Below, piece after piece: positions 16,797 to 28,053 of a stretch of DNA of 64,000 nt (position 1 is its first letter; each line of letters begins with the position of its first letter). The notes under the pieces were generated by a model. It made no database searches. It was not told the DNA's origin and saw nothing but the letters and a program-made list of their open reading frames with translations. The DNA comes from a virus. Its lineage: Duplodnaviria > Caudoviricetes. Made by a program: the position numbers and the translations under genes. The stretch covers positions 32,001-96,000 of IMG/VR virus record IMGVR_UViG_2721755486_000001; one strand, given 5' to 3'.

Positions 16797-17348
16797 ATGG
16801 AGCAGTTGGGCAACACTTACGAGGACCGTTTCACCGACCCGGAAGACCAGGCGGAACCGGCGCTGGAGTTCACCGCGGACGCGCTGGGCACCGGCGCGAT
16901 GGGCGGCAAGGTCCCGGTGGTGATCCCGGTCGGCGACGACGTGGACCTGAGCAAGCCGCTGGCCCCGACGCACGACGAGAACAAGGGGTTCATGCGGTTC
17001 ATGCCGGCCCTGATCAAGGAAATGAACCGCAAGGGCGTGCCGTTCACCATCGACGGCAACACCGGGATCATCACCATCAGCGGGTTCTACAAGAACGGGC
17101 CGATGACGCTCGAGGTCGAGGCCAACGACGACATCGTGGCGATCGACAAGCGGGCCCGCCGCAAGGTCATGAAGACCTACGACGATTTGGTGAAGCTCAA
17201 CTTCTTCTGGTGGCAGCAGTCCACGGGCCAGGGCGTGCCCCGCAACCCGGACCGGCCGTGGCTGGACGCGTTCCTCGATAAGGGGTGGGTGCGCCGGTCC
17301 GTGATCTACCTGCCGAGCACGGACCAGGCGCCGGTGGACGACGAGTAA
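16797..17348 (+). CDS. hypothetical protein
   Basis: AGGAGG RBS and strong codon bias; operator at 16681 and TTGACC at 16696 upstream. Confidence 0.75.
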   Translation: MEQLGNTYEDRFTDPEDQAEPALEFTADALGTGAMGGKVPVVIPVGDDVDLSKPLAPTHDENKGFMRFMPALIKEMNRKGVPFTIDGNTGIITISGFYKNGPMTLEVEANDDIVAIDKRARRKVMKTYDDLVKLNFFWWQQSTGQGVPRNPDRPWLDAFLDKGWVRRSVIYLPSTDQAPVDDE

Positions 17349-17479
17349 GCCCACCCACTAGGCTGTCGGGCCAACGGTCGCTTAGGCGGCCGTTTTTCGT
17401 ACCGAGGCGTGGTGGGGCTGGGGGTGTTCACTCTTTGCTCGTAGAATCGTGCGGAACCGTTCCACCGCCACGCCGCACC

Positions 17480-18025
17480 ATGATCATCGACGAGACCAAA
17501 ATCACATCCTTCCAGAGCATTATCACCGTGGTGCTGCGCGAGCTGCGCGTGGCCCAAGGCATCCACCAGGCGGTGCTCTCCGACCATTGCAACAAGCCGT
17601 CGTCCTTCTGGGAGAAGGTTGAGGCAGGTAAGACCAAGCTCGACCTCGACACGTTGCTACGGGTGTGCCGTCCCCTCGATGCCTTGCCGTCCGAGGTCAT
17701 TTCGACGGCGGAGAAGTACCGCTGGGCCATGGAGCAGCGGGGTTGGTCCGTCCTGCTGTCGGACATCGGCAATGCCGATGCGCTGATGGACCTCGCACCG
17801 AAGTATTGGGCCTCGCCTGGCTACCGGTTCTGGCTTGCCAGCGCGTGGGTGGGGCGGACCATCCTCGACACGCCCAGGTTCTTCGACAACGGCTACGCCA
17901 AAGGGTGGTACGGTCTGGCGGCGGTCTTCGAGTTCGCGGTCGACGAGGGCTTCCGTGCGACGCAGCTCGACGAGGAACGCAATCGCCCGTTCATCGGCCC
18001 GCCGAAACCTGGTTTCAACTTCTGA
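17480..18025 (+). CDS. XRE-family HTH protein with C-terminal extension
   Basis: LRELRVAQGIHQAVLS...WEKVEAGK. Confidence 0.75.
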   Translation: MIIDETKITSFQSIITVVLRELRVAQGIHQAVLSDHCNKPSSFWEKVEAGKTKLDLDTLLRVCRPLDALPSEVISTAEKYRWAMEQRGWSVLLSDIGNADALMDLAPKYWASPGYRFWLASAWVGRTILDTPRFFDNGYAKGWYGLAAVFEFAVDEGFRATQLDEERNRPFIGPPKPGFNF

Positions 18026-18034
18026 ACGTCGGAC

Positions 18035-18670
18035 ATGGCTGATCAGATCGACGCCCCGCGTACCTTGCGCCACCCCCAGGCGATCGCTCAGCGCCGGGCC
18101 ATGCTCGCGGAGCCCCACATCGCCCCGCTGGCGCTGTACGTCGAGGGCCTGCGGGCGCAGCACCCGACCTGGGAGTTTCAGGACTTCGATCCCCTGGACG
18201 GCGGCGTGCAGGCGGACATGCTGTTCCTGCTCGAAAAGCCCGGGCCCATGACCTCGCCCAACGGCAAAAAGCAGGGTTCCGGGTTCATTTCCCGGAACAA
18301 CGACGACCCCACGGCCGAGGCCGTGTTCCGGTTCATGGAGGAGGCGGGCATCCCGCGCAAGCGCGCGGTCCTCTGGAACGTGATCCCGTGGTGGGACAAG
18401 TCGATCAAGTTCACGTCGGCGGAGGTCCGTCGCGGGATCGAGGAGCTGCGCAACCTGCTTCCGTTGCTCCCGTCGATCCGCACCGTGGTGCTGGTCGGTG
18501 GCCAGGCCCGTCGCGCGCTCCCCATGCTGCAGGCGCTCCGGCCGGACCTGCGGATCTGCACGTCGGCGCACCCGGGGCGGCAGGTGTACCGCTTCAACCC
18601 CGATCAGTGGAAGGCCATACCGGAGCAGTGGCGGGTGGCGGGGCTGGCGGCGCGGCTGGGCCTAGCGTAA
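18035..18670 (+). CDS. uracil-DNA glycosylase superfamily protein
   Basis: LFLLEKPG, WNVIPW, VVLVG and HPG motifs. Confidence 0.8.
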   Translation: MADQIDAPRTLRHPQAIAQRRAMLAEPHIAPLALYVEGLRAQHPTWEFQDFDPLDGGVQADMLFLLEKPGPMTSPNGKKQGSGFISRNNDDPTAEAVFRFMEEAGIPRKRAVLWNVIPWWDKSIKFTSAEVRRGIEELRNLLPLLPSIRTVVLVGGQARRALPMLQALRPDLRICTSAHPGRQVYRFNPDQWKAIPEQWRVAGLAARLGLA

Positions 18671-18833
18671 CCGAACCAGTAGACGACGGTCACTGGGCTC
18701 TTTTGCTGGTCTGGCCCGCCACGATGCTCTGCTCGTCTAGAAGGGTTTCGAAGATCGTCGATCCCGGGCAAAAATCTTTCCGCCCGGTTACGCGTCCCCT
18801 TAAAATAGGCAAAAGTCCCAACGGCTCAAGGAC

Positions 18834-20975
18834 ATGACTACAAACGAAGCTTTTTCCCGGGTGTTGATCGACGCGCTTCTCGCGGACCAGGGTTGGAAGA
18901 CCACCGACCCGACTCAGGTGCGGTATGAAGTGGTGATGCCGGACGGCACGCGTGCCGACTACGTTCTATGCGACCGGCATGGGCGATCGCTGGCAGTGAT
19001 CGAAGCCAAGCGCTTCACGACGAACCCGGCGGACGCGGCGGAGCAGGCCAAGCGCTATGCCGAGCATCTGAACGTCCCGTACGTCTTTTTGACCAACGGC
19101 GCCGAGCTTCTGTTTTGGGAGTGGCGGGCTCAAGCCCACCCACATCCGGTCAAAACGTTCTTCAAGCAGGACGACCTTGAACGCCGGTTCGCAAGTCTGA
19201 CGGTCCGTAAGGACCTGCTGTCTGTGCCGATCGACCTGAAGATAGTCGAGCGGGAATACCAGACCAAGGGCATCGACAAGCTCTGCAAGGAAATGCAGCA
19301 GGGCAGGCGCAAGTTGCTGGTGGAGATGGCCACCGGCACGGGCAAGACGCGCACGGCCGCAGCATTGATCAAACGGCTTTTCGAGGCCAACGCTGTGACC
19401 CGTGTGCTGTTCTTGGTGGACCGTATCCCGCTCGCGAAGCAGACCGAGGATGCTTTCGCCGAGCATTTGCCCGACTACCCGGCCTACGTGCTGCGCGCAG
19501 GACGTCGGTTCCAGGACGAGAAGCGGATCACCGTGACCACGTTGCAGAGCATGGTCAACATCTATTCGGAATACTCTTCCGGCTACTTCGACCTGATCAT
19601 ATCGGACGAGTGCCACCGCTCGATCTACGGCCAATGGTCCGGGGTTCTCAAATACTTCGACGGGGTGCAGATCGGACTGACCGCGACGCCCTGCGTCGCC
19701 AACCTGGACGATGCGCAGGCGGACGCGGACGACAAGCAGTTCGTGCGCGACACACTGCGATTCTTCGAGGTCGATGAGCCGACCTTTTCGTACAAGCTTA
19801 AAGACGCCATTTCGGAAGGCTGGCTCGTTCCATATCAAGTGTACGCAGCGCAGACCGTCAAGACGGCGGCGGAAGGCGGGTTCGAAGTCTACCGCAAAGA
19901 CCTCGATTGGTCGGCCATGGACGACGAGACGTCCGCTGAGTTCGAGCAACTGTTTGCCAACCGGGATCCGATCGTAATCGACCCGGCCGCGCTCGAGCGA
20001 AAGTTCACCATCCCGGAGCGCAACCGTGCCATCGTCCGAGAGTTCCGAGACGTGTTGCAGAACGGGTTCACGGACCAAAAGGGCGTGCTCCGGATGCCGC
20101 TGATCGGCAAGACCATCGTTTTCGCGGTCAACAAGAAGCACGCCGAGACGCTGGCCAATCTGTTCGACACCGAGTTCGCCGACAAGAAGCCGTCGCCGGA
20201 CGTGCGCTACGCCGACTACGTGGTGTCAGGCGCCGGGCCGGACGATACCGTTGACGCGATGGCGAAGATCAAGCGGTTCAAGAAGGAGCAGTTTCCTCAG
20301 ATCCTCGTGTCGGTCAACATGCTCGACACGGGTTTCGATTGCCCGGACGTCGTGAACCTGGTGTTTGCGCGTTTCACGCGCTCCGCCATCCTGTACCAGC
20401 AGATGCGCGGCCGTGGCACTCGCAAAGCCAAAAACAAACCAGTTTTCACCATCTTCGACTTCGTTGGCGTCGTGGCCTACCACGGTGACGAGGATCCGGT
20501 CGGAGAGGGCGGCATCGTGGTGTCGAAGACCCCTCGAACAAAGAAGTACGAACCGACACGCCTGCTGTCACTCGACGTGGACGACCACATCGACCCGACC
20601 ACGCGCGAATGGATCACCATGGACGAGGACGGGAACATGCAGTTCCCCGAGGCGTCTGCTCAGCGCGCCGAAGAACTGGGCGCACGGTTCGAAGCCTGGC
20701 GGTTGCAGCAGACCGTGAGCCCGGAGCAAGATCGCTGGCTGCGTATCCTCGGCGCGCAGATTCGCGCAAACGCCGACGATTTGACGGAGTTGTTTCCCGA
20801 GCACTTCGCCTACTTCCACACCTTTTCGCAGATGGGTGGCCTGAAAGAGGCCGAGCGCGTCTTCGGTTCGAGTGAGGCCGTACAGAGTCTGATCGGTTCA
20901 CTTAACGCCGCGCTTTTCCCGATCGACGATTCGGGCGCCCCCGACGCGCCAGCAGATCAGCCGGTCGCGCACTAA
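18834..20975 (+). CDS. hsdR: Type I restriction subunit R (compact EcoAI/EcoEI-like)
   Basis: ADYVL...IEAK nuclease motif, MATGTGKT, DECH, GLTATP, MLDTGFD, QMRGRGTR. Confidence 0.9.
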   Translation: MTTNEAFSRVLIDALLADQGWKTTDPTQVRYEVVMPDGTRADYVLCDRHGRSLAVIEAKRFTTNPADAAEQAKRYAEHLNVPYVFLTNGAELLFWEWRAQAHPHPVKTFFKQDDLERRFASLTVRKDLLSVPIDLKIVEREYQTKGIDKLCKEMQQGRRKLLVEMATGTGKTRTAAALIKRLFEANAVTRVLFLVDRIPLAKQTEDAFAEHLPDYPAYVLRAGRRFQDEKRITVTTLQSMVNIYSEYSSGYFDLIISDECHRSIYGQWSGVLKYFDGVQIGLTATPCVANLDDAQADADDKQFVRDTLRFFEVDEPTFSYKLKDAISEGWLVPYQVYAAQTVKTAAEGGFEVYRKDLDWSAMDDETSAEFEQLFANRDPIVIDPAALERKFTIPERNRAIVREFRDVLQNGFTDQKGVLRMPLIGKTIVFAVNKKHAETLANLFDTEFADKKPSPDVRYADYVVSGAGPDDTVDAMAKIKRFKKEQFPQILVSVNMLDTGFDCPDVVNLVFARFTRSAILYQQMRGRGTRKAKNKPVFTIFDFVGVVAYHGDEDPVGEGGIVVSKTPRTKKYEPTRLLSLDVDDHIDPTTREWITMDEDGNMQFPEASAQRAEELGARFEAWRLQQTVSPEQDRWLRILGAQIRANADDLTELFPEHFAYFHTFSQMGGLKEAERVFGSSEAVQSLIGSLNAALFPIDDSGAPDAPADQPVAH

Positions 20976-21002
20976 CATTCATAAATACGCAAGGTAGCAC
21001 CT

Positions 21003-22625
21003 ATGCCATTAACGCCGAACATGCGGCGGTCAATCGACCAGATTCGTGATTACCTCTTTGGAGGCGGCTATCCCGATCCAGTGTCGAACGCTGAACAACT
21101 GTCTTTCCTCTTCTTCTTCTACCTGATCGAAGGTATCGACGCCGAGAACACCATGAAGGCGCGGGTGCTGAAACATCCGTACCAAAGCATTTTCGTCGGT
21201 GACTGGGCGGTGAAGAACCCGCTCAACGCCGACCAGGGAAAGAACACCATTCCTCGTGATCGGTTCAAATGGTCGGTGTGGGCCAAGGCGATGTCTGGCG
21301 AGGCACTGGTGCGGTTCGTCCGTGACGAAGTTTTCCCGTTTTTTGCCGAGATGGGTGAAAGTGCTGCGCACAACTTCATGGACGGCGCGCGACTGAACAT
21401 CACGGATCCCACCGTGCTCACGCAGGTCGTAAACCTGGTCGATGGGCTGCGGCTCGATGCGGCAGACGCCGACACGAAAGGCGACCTCTTCGAACACGTC
21501 CTTCGTCAGATCAAGCAGGCAGGCGAACTCGGACAGTTCCGCACGCCACGACACATCATCCGCGCTATCACGGAGATCGTTGATCCGAAGATCGGCGAGA
21601 CGGTCTACGATCCCGCGGCTGGCACCGCTGGCTTCTTGGTCGCGGCATACAACCATATTCGCGTGGCGAACTCGTCGCCCAACGCGGTCGAGACGGTCGA
21701 GGTGGACGGCAAGGACCAACGGCGGGGCGCTGGCGACCGGCTCTCGATCGCCCAGAACACGGCCCTGCAAAACGCGACGTTCTTCGGGAACGACGTAGAC
21801 CCGAAAATGGTTCACTTGGCGACGATGAACCTGATTTTGCGTGGGCTGCCGAACGTTCGAGTTCGCCTGCGCAACGTGCTGACCACCACCATTGAGCGGG
21901 AGCAGAAGGAAACGCTTGGCCTGCCGGTGGATGGCTACCACGTGATTCTCGCCAATCCCCCGTTTGCGGGCCGGATCGACAAAGACCGGGTTGTCGAGGA
22001 TGTCAAGGTCGGGAACAGCACAGCCACAGAACTGCTGTTCCTCAAATACATGATCGATAGCCTTCGTCCAGGCGGCAGATGTGGCGTTATCGTCCCAGAG
22101 GGTGTGCTGTTTGGCACCACCGGAGCACATCTCGAACTGAGACGACAACTGCTTGAGAACAACCAGGTTGAAGCGGTCTTGTCCCTCCCGGGTGGGGTCT
22201 TTCAGCCTTATTCGGTCGTTAAGACGTCCGTCCTGTTTTTCCGGAAAGGCGGGCGGACAAGCAATGTCCTGTTCCTGCACGCGGACAACGACGGCTACAA
22301 AAGGGACGCGAATCACGATTTGCCTATCGAGGCCGACGATTTGCCTGCAGTTGTGCAAGGTTTTCGTGATCGCGAAGAAAGGCTCGCCGCATGGCAGCGG
22401 CGAGACGCCAGCACTGAATGGACGGAGAAATGGTGGTTTGCCGACGAGGCAGCGATTCGCGGCAACAGCCTACGGCTTTCAGCCGGTCAATATCGTCCTC
22501 GAAGCCAATCGATGGTCGAACACCGTAGTTCCATAGAACTCCTCGACGAGTTGGCGGCGCTCGAACGGGAAATCGTGGAAGAGGTTGAAGCGTTGAGGTT
22601 GATAGTGCGGAACGGCGAACAATGA
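21003..22625 (+). CDS. hsdM: Type I N6-adenine methyltransferase subunit M
   Basis: GQFRTP, DPAAGTAGF, NPPF, VPEGVLF. Confidence 0.93.
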   Translation: MPLTPNMRRSIDQIRDYLFGGGYPDPVSNAEQLSFLFFFYLIEGIDAENTMKARVLKHPYQSIFVGDWAVKNPLNADQGKNTIPRDRFKWSVWAKAMSGEALVRFVRDEVFPFFAEMGESAAHNFMDGARLNITDPTVLTQVVNLVDGLRLDAADADTKGDLFEHVLRQIKQAGELGQFRTPRHIIRAITEIVDPKIGETVYDPAAGTAGFLVAAYNHIRVANSSPNAVETVEVDGKDQRRGAGDRLSIAQNTALQNATFFGNDVDPKMVHLATMNLILRGLPNVRVRLRNVLTTTIEREQKETLGLPVDGYHVILANPPFAGRIDKDRVVEDVKVGNSTATELLFLKYMIDSLRPGGRCGVIVPEGVLFGTTGAHLELRRQLLENNQVEAVLSLPGGVFQPYSVVKTSVLFFRKGGRTSNVLFLHADNDGYKRDANHDLPIEADDLPAVVQGFRDREERLAAWQRRDASTEWTEKWWFADEAAIRGNSLRLSAGQYRPRSQSMVEHRSSIELLDELAALEREIVEEVEALRLIVRNGEQ

Positions 22626-23797
22626 GCAGCATGGTGAGAATACGCGATGTCGTGTCCCAGGATACAGGGACGAGGAATCCCACGCGCCAGCCGGCCGAGA
22701 GCTTCGAATATGTGGACGTTGCTGCGATCAACAACGAAAGCAAGACCATCGAAAGAGCGAAGACACTGTTGGGTGCGGACGCACCCAGCCGAGCGCGACG
22801 CCTAATCCAGGCCAACGACGTTCTGGTCTCAACGGTCAGACCAAACTTGAACGCGGTTGCTCTCGTCCCAGAACGATTGGGCGGGCAGGTGGCGAGTACA
22901 GGTTTCTGCGTGCTTCGCGCAAACGGTCAGGTCCTGCCGCAATATCTGTACTACTTCACTCGTTCTCACGGATTTGTTGAAAACCTGTCGCGCCTTGTTG
23001 CTGGGGCCCTGTATCCAGCAGTCACGGATGGGCAGGTATTGGATCAAGAGATACCGATGGTCTCTCCCGAGAAGCAGAGGGATGTGGTGGAGGCGCTGGC
23101 TGCGGCCGAAAGCATCGTCAGATTGTGCACCGAGGCGTCTGCAAAAACAGCGGAGCTTCTTCCTGTCATGTTCGTCGAAATGTACGGAGATCCGGCGACA
23201 AACCCGAAGGGCTGGCCGTTGCGGCAGGTATCGGATTTCGTCGAAAAGTTCGAGGGCGGGAAGAATCTTCTGGCGGGATCTGAGAACGGGTCACCGTTCC
23301 GTATCTTGAAGGTGAGCGCGGTCACTTCGGGGCGCTACCTGGAAGAGGAAAGCAAACCAACACCGGATGGATACCAGCCTCCCGACGCACACCTGGTGCG
23401 TGTCGGCGACATGCTTTTCTCGCGCGCAAACACAGAGCAACTCGTAGGCGCCACGGCTCTTGTCGAGAGCACGAACGGGCAAACGCTGCTGCCCGACAAA
23501 CTCTGGCGTATCGTGTGGTCCGAGCCGGCGGAGCCCGCGTATATGCACGCCCTGTTCCAATCGCGCTACGTACGTCAAGAACTGAGTCGGATCTCCACGG
23601 GTACAAGTTCATCAATGCGGAACATTTCTCAGGGGCGCCTTTTCGAACTGAGTTTGCCGGTGGCGCCGTACGACGAGCAGAGAGTGTTCGGCGAACGTGC
23701 GACAACGATCAGGTCGATTCAAAGTCAGCGCGCTGCCGCGCTGGAAAAAGCGCAGCAGACCTTTGATGCACTAATGGCAGCGGCCTTTCCGTACTAG
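22622..23797 (+). CDS. hsdS: Type I specificity subunit S
   Basis: Two TRDs joined by FVEMYGDPATNPKGW; ATGA overlap with hsdM. Confidence 0.9.
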   Translation: MSSMVRIRDVVSQDTGTRNPTRQPAESFEYVDVAAINNESKTIERAKTLLGADAPSRARRLIQANDVLVSTVRPNLNAVALVPERLGGQVASTGFCVLRANGQVLPQYLYYFTRSHGFVENLSRLVAGALYPAVTDGQVLDQEIPMVSPEKQRDVVEALAAAESIVRLCTEASAKTAELLPVMFVEMYGDPATNPKGWPLRQVSDFVEKFEGGKNLLAGSENGSPFRILKVSAVTSGRYLEEESKPTPDGYQPPDAHLVRVGDMLFSRANTEQLVGATALVESTNGQTLLPDKLWRIVWSEPAEPAYMHALFQSRYVRQELSRISTGTSSSMRNISQGRLFELSLPVAPYDEQRVFGERATTIRSIQSQRAAALEKAQQTFDALMAAAFPY

Positions 23798-24004
23798 GGG
23801 CGAAGCGGGTGGCTGGCATTGTGGAACGCGTGCCCTTCGGCCTGGTCAGGCTCCGAAGCGAGCCGAACCGATGGCGATCTTTCGAGTTTGATCGTCGATC
23901 GCCGCAGCGGTTCGACCGCGCAGCTACACCACGGGCGGAATCGCAACGCTGCGCTGGTCTTCAGGACGCGCATGGTCTACGGTACGTACTGCAGGACACA
24001 CCCC

Positions 24005-24271
24005 ATGAGGCCGCCCATGCTCACCGCTCGTTTTCTCCCCGCTGCGCTGCTCGCGGTTGGCATGTTGGCCAGCCCGTTGAGCTGGGCGGAGCAACCGATC
24101 AACACCACGAACATCAGCCCCGAGCTGTACGTCCCGAAGGTGCGCTCGCGCAACGGTCAGCCCCCACTGGCCCATTGCCGACAGATCAACCAGGAGGTGA
24201 ACGGGCACATGGTCTCGCGCCGGCAGTGCATCACCCCGGCGTCGATCCCACCGGACAGCGACGGGTCCTGA
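24005..24271 (+). CDS. small exported protein
   Basis: Signal-peptide-like MLTARFLPAALLAVG...SWA; paired cysteines; start uncertain. Confidence 0.5.
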   Translation: MRPPMLTARFLPAALLAVGMLASPLSWAEQPINTTNISPELYVPKVRSRNGQPPLAHCRQINQEVNGHMVSRRQCITPASIPPDSDGS

Positions 24272-24291
24272 CGGAACCGCACCCAGCAAGC

Positions 24292-24318
24292 AAAACGCCC
24301 GGCATGACCGGGCGTTTT
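24292..24318. terminator. bidirectional terminator
   Basis: AAAACGCCCGG-CATGA-CCGGGCGTTTT between convergent genes. Confidence 0.8.
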
Positions 24319-24337
24319 CACATGGGGCGATCGCGGC

Positions 24338-24766
24338 TTACTTCTTCAGGCACCCGCCGGGCTTTCCGCAATGCGAGGCGAGGAAGTCGGCCAGGCTGCG
24401 GGCCTGCTGGGCCTGGATGGTCCCCGGGGCCTTGCGTTCGACCTCGGTGGCCATCTGGTCGGCACCGGTGAGGACCTTCTCGCGCGTGGCGTCGAGCTGA
24501 GCCTGGGGCACCACCTGCGGCGGGGTCGGGAGGGGCACCGGTGCCGGGGGCTCGACCACCACGTTGGCGGGCGCGGGCTTCGGCAGCAGCGAGTTCAGCG
24601 CTACCACCCCGCCCACGCACACGGCCGTGACGGCCAGGACGACCCCCAGGATCTTGAAACGCCGGATCCGCTCCTCACGGGGGAGCAGCTTCATCGGCGG
24701 GAACCAGAAAAAGAAAAACACGATGGACCTCCCCCTGTTGTGGGCACCCGCGGGTGCGTTACTCAC
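24338..24766 (-). CDS. hypothetical membrane-anchored protein (start may be ~24693, MKLLPRE)
   Basis: Transmembrane segment ILGVVLAVTAVCVGGVVAL followed by a Pro-rich linker. Confidence 0.55.
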   Translation of the reverse strand: MSNAPAGAHNRGRSIVFFFFWFPPMKLLPREERIRRFKILGVVLAVTAVCVGGVVALNSLLPKPAPANVVVEPPAPVPLPTPPQVVPQAQLDATREKVLTGADQMATEVERKAPGTIQAQQARSLADFLASHCGKPGGCLKK

Positions 24767-24875
24767 AGCTTAAGACGGTGCGGTGTTGGGCGCAAAGTAA
24801 TAATGAGCCACTTCGCGCGAAGTAAATCTGAGCCACCTTTCAGTACAGTCAGCCTTTTGCGCGCAAAGGCTGGCG

Positions 24876-26674
<1,799 letters not shown>

Positions 26675-26902
26675 CGACTGGCTCAGTTTTACTTTGCGCG
26701 ATCAGGCGCGAAGTGGCTCAGATTTCAAATGCGTTTGACAGCGGCTCAACGTCAAGTACAAGCCGTGCCAGGGCCCGTCTTATGGGCCGTTCATGGGCGA
26801 TCCGTATGTAGGTTGACGGGTCGATGGAAGCTGCTAGATCTGGACGTGCGCGGCGATCGCAGGTCCCGCGTCCGATCAACCCACACCAGGAGGTACACCA
26901 CG

Positions 26903-27079
26903 ATGGAGCAGCGGTTCGGCAAAACGATGGAGAAGCTGATCACGACGGCCGAGGCGGCGAAACCGGCCCCGACGTCCTTCGAGCGTTTCGTCCTCCCGGA
27001 CGTGATGCGCAACTGGCCCATCCTGGACGATCGGGACCGCGTGCCCAGCCCGCCGTCGTATGGGACGTACGCGGACTGA
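26903..27079 (+). CDS. small hypothetical protein
   Basis: AGGAGG RBS; upstream TTGACG-N16-TAGATC promoter (26813). Confidence 0.5.
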   Translation: MEQRFGKTMEKLITTAEAAKPAPTSFERFVLPDVMRNWPILDDRDRVPSPPSYGTYAD

Positions 27080-27187
27080 TCCCCTCGTGAACCCGTGCTT
27101 GGGCGTGTGCCAAGGCACGGATTGCGTTCTGCTGGGGCCCTGCTAGGTTGGAAGTAGGACCTGCAACGATCGCCCGCGGAGGAGACC

Positions 27188-27622
27188 TTGAGCGACCCCA
27201 TGAACACCCAGGACTTTGTCCTGCACCCCACCCGAGGCTTGCTGAACCGTCCGGTGTCCCGGGTGGTCACCTTCGGGAAGCGTTCCTACCTGCCGCCCGG
27301 CATGCTCAGCGCGGCGGTGGAGGACCCGGCGCCCGTGCGAGCGGCACAACCCGCCCAGCCGGCCCCGGAGCAGGCGGAGTCGACCGTCCTGGACTTCTTC
27401 GCGGTGATGCTGTTCAGCCACGTTGTCGGACTGCTGGCCCACTGCCACCTGCTGGGCAAGGCGGTCGAGGTAGGCGTCGAGGCGAACGACGCGTACCGAA
27501 AAGGCCCGGGCAAGGCACCGGGTGCGGCAGCGGCGGCATCCCCGACGGGGCGCGTGGCGGTGTTCGGTCCGCGTCGCAAGGCGGGCCTGACGCGCTCGAC
27601 GGTCAGCTTCGGCCGGCGCTGA
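27188..27622 (+). CDS. hypothetical protein
   Basis: GGAGGAG RBS; operator at 27107 and promoter at 27122 upstream. Confidence 0.55.
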   Translation: MSDPMNTQDFVLHPTRGLLNRPVSRVVTFGKRSYLPPGMLSAAVEDPAPVRAAQPAQPAPEQAESTVLDFFAVMLFSHVVGLLAHCHLLGKAVEVGVEANDAYRKGPGKAPGAAAAASPTGRVAVFGPRRKAGLTRSTVSFGRR

Positions 27623-27635
27623 TCGAGACGACCCG

Positions 27636-27917
27636 ATGAACGCCCGTGAGACCGTCCGCGCTGAAAACCTGCACGTGCCGGCGCGGCTCCTGGACGACCT
27701 GCTCTGGACGGTGCAGCGCGGAGCGTTCGGGCCGGAGGTGGACACGGCATACAGCCGTGCGCTGATGGCAGGCATCCGCGACGGGCGTCTGGTGCTCGAC
27801 GGCAACACCACCGTCCTGTACGACGAACCGAACGGCGTGCTGCACAGCCTCGGCGAGCTGCAGGACGCGTGCGAGGCAGCGGGTGCGCGCCTCGTGGAGC
27901 TCGCGCAGATGCACTGA
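27636..27917 (+). CDS. hypothetical protein
   Basis: 93 aa, codon bias, co-oriented with the upstream gene. Confidence 0.6.
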   Translation: MNARETVRAENLHVPARLLDDLLWTVQRGAFGPEVDTAYSRALMAGIRDGRLVLDGNTTVLYDEPNGVLHSLGELQDACEAAGARLVELAQMH

Positions 27918-28053
27918 CCGATCGCTTGCGATCACCGGCGACAGCCCGATGCCCCACCGTCCCGGTGGGGTTTGTGTGTGGTGGGCCACCCGCGTCCAAT
28001 CGGTGTCCGGTCAGGCCCGCGCAGGGCACCCGAAGGGGCGCGGACGGTGGCGG

